A stretch of DNA of 64,000 nt, from positions 1 through 64,000 of the forward strand of contig AP026133.1 of NCBI GenBank assembly GCA_030295235.1, read 5' to 3'. This document shows, one piece after another, positions 1-9,500 of this stretch. Below the pieces are notes generated by a model, which did no database searches, had not been told where the DNA came from, and saw only the letters and a program-made list of their open reading frames with translations. The DNA comes from Fistulifera solaris (taxonomy: Eukaryota). The translations under genes were made by a program, and so were the position numbers. Each line of letters opens with the position of its first letter. Position 1 is the first letter of the stretch.

Positions 1-277
1 TAACTAACTCCTAACCCAACTCCTAACCCTAACTCCTAACCCCAACCCTCAACCCCAACCCCAACCCTAACCCCAACCCTAACCCTAACCCTAACCCTAA
101 CCCTAACCCTAACCCTAACCCTAACCCTAACCCTAACCCTAACCCTAACCCTAACCCTAACCCTAACCCTAACCCCAACCCTAACCCCAACCCCAACCCT
201 AACCCTCAACCCTCAACCCTAACCCTAACCCTAACCCTAACCCTAACCCTAACCCTAACCCTAACCCTAACCCTAAC
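1..277 (+). repeat. Telomeric repeat array (CCCTAA)n, i.e. TTAGGG on the minus strand; chromosome end
   Basis: Tandem CCCTAA from the window start, with variants (CTCCTAA, CCCCAA, CCCTCAA) mostly in the distal part. Confidence 0.98.
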
Positions 278-585
278 GTCCAAAGCACCATTTCCTGGTG
301 AGGCACGAGGAGAACCCTGTCCATTGAAAAGCAATGCACCCAAGTTTGTCATGCATGCCCCCGACGTTGACAATTGCATCAAGCTTGTTTTGGATGCACT
401 GCAAGGAATCGCCTTCCATAATGACGCCTTCAGTTGTCCACCCCACTACAACAAAGCTCTATGATCATACCCAGCAATTCTACAAAGAGGACACCATTCA
501 CATTGGTACAACATTGATCAAAGTCTGTGAAATGGATCCAAATGCACCCACTCAGAACTGCAGTTGTCTTTGTTGCACAAAATAA
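278..585 (+). pseudogene. rusA: 5'-truncated RusA-family Holliday junction resolvase (copy 1), fused directly to the telomere
   Basis: Across frames it reads RPKHHF...APKFVMHAPDVDNCIKLVLDALQGIAFHND...TTTKLYD...NCSCLCCTK*. This carries the RusA signature D-x-D-N-x-x-K-x-x-x-D-A-L...D and is collinear with 4640-4946. Confidence 0.85.
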
Positions 586-681
586 TTTTGATAGTTTGAT
601 TTGCATTTCCAATGAAATCTTTCTTCTTTCCCTTATTTCCAACATTTCCTTCTATTCCATCTTCCTTACTCCCTTGTTACT

Positions 682-768
682 GATTCCTACTTCCTATTTA
701 CCTAGTTCTAAGTTCCTTTTTCCAAGTTCCAAGTTCCATATCCCAATTTCCAAATTCCTAACCCTAAC
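682..768 (+). repeat. Subtelomeric unit 3' tail (copy 1): TTCCTAC/TTCCAAG-type repeats ending in CCTAACCCTAAC
   Basis: Near-identical to 5573-5656 and related to 5261-5430. Confidence 0.9.
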
Positions 769-810
769 AAAGTTCCGGTAATGGATAAAACCCTTCGGCC
801 GGTATTGGCT

Positions 811-3230
811 TCAACAATAAAACCGCATAAACGAAAGTCTATTTGAATTTGATGAGCTTTCATCGACCGAAATAAGAGGATTCGCGACTGGCACACAACC
901 TTTTTTAATATCCTTCTTCGAAATGTTGACTGAAAAGGGCGGTCTTCCTGACATCGCCCCCTTAGCGCTGTTAATGCAAGAATAAAGTTCTGCACATCCG
1001 ACGCTGATAGGCTTGAACATACCGATGTATTTGCTGGGCTTAAGAAAGTCTTTCGGCAATGACAACCGCAACTGTGTGACTCGGGTGTCATGTAGCAGGT
1101 AGGGGCGCTAGTAGACCTTATTCACGCCCCCGCTCAACTGAAGCCCCGACTTCTATCAATGGTGCATCTTCGTAAAAGTGCTTCGGGTTATGCTTGCGCC
1201 GCTGGCACGGAAAGCAAGGCTTCGTCCATAAAACTAGTGCCTCAACGTCGCCACGATCGCCTTCACAATTAACTCTAACGCTTGACATCGCGTAGCCCCC
1301 AGGTCGCATTGAGTGAAACTCTACAAATTGCTGGTGACTTGTTCGTGAGTAAAGCACAACGCCTCCGCTTTGGGGGGTCCACAATGTGCCATCGCGACAT
1401 CCATTTTCGTTCCAATTCGCCCTTATTCGATAAAGTATCAGCTGGTTTGGAGAAAAGAGTCGGTTTACGCCGACTTGGATTGTTGGTGGAATACTGAATC
1501 CAATGTTGTCGCGGCAATTTTTCGCTTTCATCAGTAGCGTCGATAATATTGTAGTGGACGCAGGACACAAACGATCGCGGCATCGGCGACAACCGGTGCT
1601 GCCTGGAGTGTTGTACACCAAGCAGTTTCCGAGGATGATGTTGAAGTCGCTCAAGAGCGAATTAATGCTTCGGTAGTATCGGCAACGGCTTGCGCAAAAC
1701 GACAGAAGTAGACATCGGTACTGGGACAGCACACCTAATACGATGGGGCCTCAACTTCGTCAGATCCTCGTGAAATTGATCCGCCTTTTGGGTGCTCCGC
1801 CACCGCTCGACCAATGACTTAATTCGACTAAATCTTCTACGCCCTTTCAAGAACGCATCATGGAAGATTGACAAGTACTCAGCTGCAATTCCCAGGGAGA
1901 AAGCGACATCTCTATCCTCTTATTCGATTTTTGGCACGCATGTGACGCCCCGCCACAGAGGAAGCGTTGATTGGATCAGGGCGAAAATTGATATTTTCTG
2001 ATCGCTGACAGAGTTGGCATATCGTCCTTCTACAACGTTGAGCTCCAGCCGCCCGCTGAAAAAGTGCAGCAATCAATCTGAGCTCTTGAGAGGAAATTCC
2101 ATGTTCTGTAGATAGCGTCGCAATTTCGTTTTGCAAAATCTCTTGTATGGATCTCTGATTGCTCCGAAAAATTTTAGATAGCAATGGCATGTGTTGGTTC
2201 AAGCGAGTACTCATGCCTTTGAGCGTAGCAAATTGTTGAACAACCACTTGTATTTCCATCTGCTGTCACAAGTGAACCTTCTGACAGCGAATGATAAATT
2301 GCTGCATTTAATCTTGGAATGGGACCAAAAAGGCTTCGCGATCATCTGACGGGAACCAAACAACAGAAAAAGGAGGCGGCAGCTGCGTCAATTCTGGCAG
2401 GACAGAGGATAAAGGACGAAGCTTAAATCGCGAGATCTAACCAAAGTATTGTGGCTTAAATTGAGTCAAGCATTGTCTCTTTTCTTCCAAATGGTACTTC
2501 CATCACCTCCATCTGACATGGCGAGTGGGTCAGCCGGGTGGAAATTCGAAGTGTGTCTCCGTGAACTCTGCAAATTAGAGGATAAAGTGCGGAACCGGTT
2601 TTCGCCGAATCTAACCAGTGGTCGCCTCCACCAAGGAATTGCGGGTTCTGTTTCGGTTACAACTCTGTTCCACAGAGGAGTTCGAGCCTCATTAGTTTCA
2701 CCAAACTCGTCCGGATGTTTCGCAAGAAAAAGCCAGTGGCCCACGGGATAATAGAGAATGAGATCACCAACCTGTGGAACGTAGATATCTTTACGGTCAG
2801 GCCACGTCCTATCGATTGTCGCGGCGAAAAAAGGAGAAATCCACCCGCCGCCACGATGCTTTAAAGAGTCTGACCATCGTGAAATACCACACCCTTTTTA
2901 TATAGCTTTTTGTGAGTCCGCCTGGTGGTGCTTCCAGTATTATTGTCGGAAATGGTCGGGAGGGAGCAACGACGGAATTCATACACCGCTTCGACCTTCG
3001 CTGAGGTGTCCCAATGTCGACGAAACGTCCGTGAGAGTATTGCATCCAAGATAGAATACGCGTTCTAGTGTTCTTATGGTGAGAATGGCTGTGGATTTTC
3101 ATGCAAGCAAGATGTCTATCGATTACCTCTTACCTTGAGAATTATTGGATATATGTCGAGGGCACATAATTGTTGAATTTGAAGTCGCTTCTTCCGCTTT
3201 TCATCTTCAATATCTTCGCTCCGAAGCGCT
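811..3230 (-). pseudogene. Degraded, intron-containing protein-coding gene of unrecognised family
   Basis: Chain of minus-strand ORF fragments (2861-3049, 2466-2744, 1912-2259, 1662-1874, 1275-1592, 1118-1732, 811-1071) with stops and frameshifts. An apparent GTAAG...CTAG intron at ~3065-3133 joins ...YPIILK to NAYSILDAILSR. Confidence 0.4.
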
Positions 3231-3263
3231 TCCTACAGCATGAGGATTAGTTTATAAGCAAAA

Positions 3264-4164
3264 ATGGAACAGCATCGACCATCGCATAACCCTGAGACAC
3301 ATCTACAACGACTGGGAGGAGCCGGAGGCAGCAACTGATCTGCAAGGAAATCGGTTGCAGGCAGCAGCAGAAGATACACTTCAGGAGCTGGCGTCACTCG
3401 GAATGAATGTTGAATCGGGTTGTCGGTGGAGTCACCGAAGTCTATTCCCCTGTGGTGGTCCAGTGTTTGCTGGGGGCATTGTCTGATCTTCGTATGACCA
3501 CACTTTCAAATGGAGGCCACATTGCACCCCCGGGATGAGACACGAGATGGAATTCGGGCTTTGAACATGAACGTGAAGACCAACCTGGTATTCATCCCCA
3601 TGATGGCAACCAACAAAAAGATCAGTGCCTTTAACAACCTAAAATGAAGCCTGAATTTTGGGATGGGAAAACAGTCTACAACCTGGCGTGGTGGGAAGGG
3701 AATGTTACGTTGACTCGTATGAATGACGGATCAGGGAATTTCTTTTCCAGTCTTGAAATTGGTGCTTGGGTCCCCGATTATTTGATTCCCGAGTGAGTTG
3801 CAGGAGCACAAGCTGGCGATGAAGTGGCTGGCTCACCATGGACCTGTGTTTCCGGACAATGAGACTTACTATCTCAGCCTCAAAAAGGAGTATGTGACGG
3901 TCTTTCTCCCGGAACATGCAAAGTGAGCTTGTTGGTGGCGCGCCGGGCTGGATTCTTCCCTGTTTTCGCCCCCTCAAAAATGCAATCATTCAGAAATCAC
4001 CAAAGTTTGGCTTGAATGGGTACCAGCTGTCGACGATCAATCTCCAGCCCAAGTCCTACCTGGCCATGATTGGATTTGTGAAGGGAGCAGCACCCAACTT
4101 GCAGTTTATTACCTTGACCAACTCACAGAACAAGGTCATGGTCATTGCAAACCGCAACACTTGA
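3264..4164 (+). pseudogene. Disrupted ORF of unknown function upstream of and co-directional with rusA copy 2
   Basis: Protein-like fragments EFWDGKTVYNLAWWEGNVTL..., KLAMKWLAHHGPVFPDNETYYLSLKKEY, and ORF 3916-4164. No family recognised. Confidence 0.4.
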
Positions 4165-4276
4165 GTGATTCAAGCTATTTGTGCTTGTTGATTGTGTTTC
4201 TCGTGAATTAGGTTTTACTTAGGTCTCATTTCTTGTTACTCTTCTTCTGCATTTGCCTCACAGAGATTGCTAGAAA

Positions 4277-4946
4277 ATGTCTTTTGAACCTAGAAAAGCC
4301 GGTTGACTCACAAACCACAGTGGACTTCGACAATGCCAATCAGAAGGGGGGGAAAGCACCCGGTTGTTACAGCTATGTCTCTGGCCCCCAAATCAAGTAT
4401 GAATTCACCAACCACATACTCCCTTGCCTGCAAGATTTCTGGAAGACCAAGACCCCAGTATCGCAGCTATGCAACAACAACAAAAGCAAAGGGCAGAGTC
4501 AAGTTGTACAGTCCAAGTACAGGGAACCAGAAATCCTTTCGTGATGCATTCAGACAAGCATTGAATCATGCACCAAAGGGACTCTTCCCGATGCAATGGC
4601 AATCCATGCTCAATCACCGTGAAAGTTCTACTTTCCAAGACCCAAGACCCATTTCTTACTTGGACCAGCATCACAAGAATGGCTGTTGAAACCAACAGCT
4701 CCCAAATTTGTCACAAATGCTCCTGACAATGACAACTGCGTGAAACTGGTTTTGGATGCCTTGCAGGGGATTGCATACAAGAATGACTCATGCATTGTAA
4801 ACATTGCAACAACAAAGCTATATGACCACACACAGACAACTTATAGGGATGGTGTCAACTATGATGGCACAACTCTTATTAAGGTTGTGGAAATTGACCC
4901 AAACGTGAAGGATTGTGACTGCAAATGTTTTCATTGTGCCAAGTAG
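4277..4946 (+). pseudogene. rusA: Near full-length RusA-family Holliday junction resolvase (copy 2), with several frameshifts
   Basis: ISGRPRPQYRSY...KLYSPSTGNQKSF...(CSITVK/YFPRPKTHF)...APKFVTNAPDNDNCVKLVLDALQGIAYKNDSCIVNIATTKLYD...DCDCKCFHCAK*. The RusA motifs occur in the expected order. Confidence 0.88.
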
Positions 4947-5260
4947 ATAAGAGAGATAATAAAACAACAGTTTTACAATGTTTATATTGTGCCAAGTAGA
5001 TAAGAGAGGTACTAACACAACATTTTCACAAACAGTTTTCATTACCAAATCCGAGCAAAAATCACGGAAACAAGAGGGTCCAAATGTGCAAATATATTTT
5101 TACAGGAGCAAAACATTGATAGATACAACAGTTTTTGCAAGTGCTCATTGTTCCTCATTCCTCTAAATTCCCTATCCCCTCTTGCCTCCCTTTCCTTCTT
5201 ATTCTTCCCCTTATTCCCCCTTTTTCCTAGCTTCACTTCTTCCTCAATTCCTCCTGCTTT

Positions 5261-5430
5261 GATTCCTACTTCCATGTGCGTTACCACTACTCAAATTCCT
5301 ACTTTCTACTTCTAAGTTACCGTTTCTCTAATTCCTACTTCCTACTTCTACGTTTCCTTGTTCCAAGTTCCATGTTCCATATCCCAATTCCCAAATTCCT
5401 AACCCTTCCCAAACGTAACCCTAACCCTAG
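5261..5430 (+). repeat. Subtelomeric unit 3' tail (copy 2, internally expanded) plus interstitial telomeric repeats TAACCCTAACCCTAG
   Basis: GATTCCTACTTCC...TTCCAAGTTCCATGTTCCATATCCCAATTCCCAAATTCCTAACCCT, followed by TAACCCTAACCCTAGCCCT. Confidence 0.88.
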
Positions 5431-5572
5431 CCCTGCTTGCGCGCCACACAGAAGAGGGCTTGAATTTTTCGTGTGCATTATCGTATTAGTGGATTGTCAA
5501 TTTTTTTAGTCTAGGAAAGGCTGTACGGAAAAGTAAATAACAGCTAATAGGGCATATTCCCCGCATCTTCCA

Positions 5573-5656
5573 GATTCCTACTTCCACTTTACCTAGTTCT
5601 AAGTTCCTTTTCCAAGTTCCAAGTTCCATATCCCGATTTCCAAATTCCTAACCCTA
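5573..5656 (+). repeat. Subtelomeric unit 3' tail (copy 3) ending in CCTAACCCTA
   Basis: Differs from 682-766 at only a few positions. Confidence 0.9.
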
Positions 5657-6540
5657 GTCCTAGTGAAGGCATTTTGAGTACCGGTCGGCTAAGTATTTCA
5701 TTCTCGAGTCCTTCTTTTTACTTATAGTGAATGCTCTAACCCTTCGGAAAAGCAAAAACTTTTTGCCTCTCTATTTACCAAAACCGCTGCTAGTGAAGGG
5801 TTTTTGGGTACCGGTTGGGCAATAACTTGATTCACGAGTAGTATTTTCCAGAGGTACTGACTGCTCCTAAGGTCAGAACGTAAAGAACATGCAGAAGGCT
5901 AAGGACTTAGACGAAAAACTGACACCGGACACCGGGCATCCGGTCATTTCCCAAGGCCCATCTTCTTTACGATCTTAATAGCCTACCGGTACTGGCCTAG
6001 AGGTTACGGTACTTGTTGCTGGTACTCGTTACTCGTTACTTGTTTAGGCGCGAATTAAAAGTCGCACTCAAAAAAGTCCCCTCCTTACTTTTTGACTTGA
6101 GACCAGATAAAATACCTAAAAAACAGTGGAGTACTACTTTGTATCGACTGTCAAGGCTCCAGGCACGGGAACGCAACTGCTTGGTACATTTTTCTACGGG
6201 GGCCAAAGTTCCCGCTCCATCCGGTCTTTGGGCCTAAGGGCTTAGGGCCAAAACAACTTCAAGAATAGTCCATAACGCGCATCTTTTACTTTACGACTTA
6301 CTGTCATTATGGGGAGGAAAAAGCCGCGCATAGCGCTTTTTCCTTTGCCAAAAACACGCAAAACAACCCCGATCTTTGCCGCATTATTTAGTTGGTTGTT
6401 GTTGATCGATTCGTTGGTGAACAATATCTTTGAAACAATAAATAATAGTTTAAAGCCAACATTTGTAGAAACAAAACACAAACTTTACCTTCTAAAACGA
6501 GAAAAACAGCCGCAAACAGGCAACGCAACGACATTCTATC

Positions 6541-9500
6541 ATGTTTCGTTTGTCGGTAGGCGTCCTCTGGCTTTTCATTGCATCCTCGTGCATGCAAAAT
6601 GTCATCGGTCAAGGGCCGAACAAATTCTTGTTCCATGTTTCCGATTTGACGGAAGTCTTTGATGAGTTGACGACGATAACGGGTCCTCTTTCCTCGCAAG
6701 ATATACTCAACGCGGAGATTCCTTTCGTCGACAAGTCGATCAACGAAATGATCGGAGGAGATGCGGCCAAGACGATTGCGACACTACTCGACTTTTCCGA
6801 CTTTGTGCAGTTTACGATAGATGAAAATAACGGTGTTGATATCGAGTTGGATCGTGGTGAGATAGCAGCAGAGTTGACGAGCTACTTGCAAAGTTTGGAT
6901 CTTACCTCAGATCTCCTCGCTGGTGAGGGCTGCACGAAAAACATTGATGCTACTTACGTAGAAGGAGGCGAAGAGACGGTGCAATTAACATTCTGTGTAC
7001 TCTTCAACCTGACTAGAAGTACGACATTGAGTGGCGATGGATTGTTTGACAGTATCCCTGAGATCTTTGAGATTGATTTGGATGTTTCATTGGACTTTGC
7101 AGCCACGCTTCTCTTCAAGGCACAGCTCGATATTGCTTTCATTCCAAATGGGGCTACCGCGAACATTACTGTTGATCCTGTCATTGCTGCAATCACCGCT
7201 AACGGAGATGTCGACGTAACTGTGGGAGTAGGTGTGCTAGAGCTTCTATCCACAGCAACCGCGATTGTCGACGCTACTTTCGAGTTGGCGAATTGTGACA
7301 ATGCTACGGAAACTTGCGATAATATTGGCACTCGACTTGGTGACTCGGATTTTTATCTAGAACGCGCCGCGAGCTATTCGATTGCCGGTAACATGACCCT
7401 TGGTTCGACATTCCCTGGTCTCACGCTTGGAGGCGATGCTTCCTTTTCGGTTGTAGAAGAAGACATCTTCAACCCTGCCCCCAATGTCACATTCGAGAGC
7501 TTTAACTTCGAGGATTTTATCAGTTTCAGCCCCGAGAATTCTGTGGCGATGCTTCGTTTGATCGACAGTGCTATCGTTCGTGCCCAAGAAAATGAGGCTT
7601 TCAATACCAATATACCGTTAACCGATACGAGTGTCGCGGAAATCCTGTCGACGGGGTCACTGGTCACTACCAGTTTGCTCCGATTGTTTCAGAAAGTCGA
7701 GCCGTACGAAGATCGACCCACCAAGTCCCTCTTCTTGAAGCAATCCGAGTCCTTCCCCACGAGTACAACGGACACTACGGACGGAAAGACGTACGAAATT
7801 TACGTGCTTGTCGGAGACAGTACGACTGGCACAGAACTCAACGTCAATCCAGATAACCAAGCGGCGCTCTATGATTTAGTGGAAAGCGAAGGAGTGATTT
7901 GCAGTATTGAGTTCGATGAAAACTTTTCCGATTCGACGACGTTCAAGGATGGTCTCTTGACGGTTTTGCAAGCCGCTAATTGTCCAGGACTTACAGTTTG
8001 TGAAGCAGAAACCGACTGCGATTTCGATGAAGAATCAGGAGATTTTTTCAGGCTGCACCGATGGTGCTGATGATTGCCTTCTCGCTGTTGGGATTGATGA
8101 AGACGATCTTGTCTTCATTGTCTCCAATGCCGACAGCGACGTTCATTTGATCGGCTTCATGGAACCACTGGCCACGACGCAAGGCGAAGGAACCATATAC
8201 AAGTTCCCCGTCAATACACCAGCTTTTCCGGCCCTGATTCCGAGATTCCGAAGTTGGCAAAACTTTACAGACTTTCTATCTGACGCCATCGCAAGTAGCA
8301 CGGATATTGTGGACGTCAGCGTAGATTTCAGCTACACTGAAGCAATAGCTCCTGATCCAGCGCAATACGAGCTGGTGATAGGTTTTTCGAAATCTGCTTC
8401 GTTTTCGGTTGGTTTAAATGCTTCTGAAGGTATCGGAGATTTGATTGACATAACGGTTAGCGAGGGGTCTTCGCTTGATCTAACCGTTAGCGCCGCTTTC
8501 GAAACTACCTTTGGTGTGCTGATGGAAGCTGATGACGACCAAAGCTTGACTGTGCTAGCGGAATCATGCGGAGGAGACGGTTTTGCTTGTGTCGCGGATT
8601 CGCTCGACATTGTTCTTTTTTACGTAGAAAACGTCGACGGAGTATCAGAAGACCAATGGATCAATACAACTGTCGCCAGCAGTACGAATAAAAATATCAC
8701 ACAGGAACTTGAAGATGCGATTGGAGAGGTGGCAACCGTCACGGAACAAGGGAGTTCTCTTCTCGTGATCCGATTCAATCCGAACATAACTGATGTGAAA
8801 TTGCTGTTGCTAAAGGTACGTTTCGAGGGGCACGGCATCATACTCTGTTTGCCACTTGCCACTAACAACTGTCTTTTTCTTTCTTGGTGGTTTCAGAACT
8901 GCAATAGTACTGACATCACGACCGAAATGAAACAGAGCAGTGTGCTTGAGTGTCAAGAAGATGAATTGGTTTCTCCTATTGCGAATGATTACGGGTTAGA
9001 AGATTTTAGCTTGTCCAAGCGGAAGTGGCAGATTGTTATTGGAGACGCCTCCATTTCAGCTAACGTGACTGTGAGTCTCAACGTTCAACTTTCTACCAAT
9101 GTTGGCGGCGTTATCGAGGTGACTGCTGAATTGGAGGGCGACATTACGGGGTACTTGGAACTGTCTCTAGGAACTGGAGAACTTCTCCCTTTCAGTGACT
9201 GGCTAGTCGCATTGATTAATATTTTCGATTCAGAAAGTGAGGGTTATATTGCTGATTTTTTCGAAGCGTCCGCAACCTTTGATGCGACTTTTGAAGCTAG
9301 TGTTGAGCCTAGTTCACCGTTCAATTTACTGGCAACCGCCAGCGCAAGTGGAGGTTTCGCGGAACCTTTTGTGATTGATTTCCTTGCTAAAAACTTTTCC
9401 TACCCTGAAATCGAGTTTGACGTCAATATTGAAGGCATTGGGGACGTTCGGAAACTAACCTTCAGACAAGTGGTTGCCATTCTGGCGGATGTGCTTGAGT

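Noticed and set aside
1..60. Alternative telomere repeat (CTCCTAA variants)
   Set aside because: Confined to the low-coverage contig tip; cannot be separated from base-calling noise.
1515..1545. Hammerhead ribozyme core on the minus strand (CTGATGA AAGC GAAA)
   Set aside because: No pairing stem II, wrong strand and position for the units, and it lies within coding-like sequence (ATDESEK); probably chance.
769..4270. Reverse transcriptase of a Penelope-like or telomerase-like element
   Set aside because: No QG-x-x-x-S or Y/F-x-DD RT motifs recognisable in any frame fragment.
4924..5008. ~32-bp direct repeat spanning the rusA stop codon as a target-site duplication
   Set aside because: The copies are only ~20 bp apart; better explained as a local tandem duplication.
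8035..8055. Programmed ribosomal frameshifting in the giant gene
   Set aside because: One extra T in a T6 run, matching the window-wide homopolymer indel pattern.
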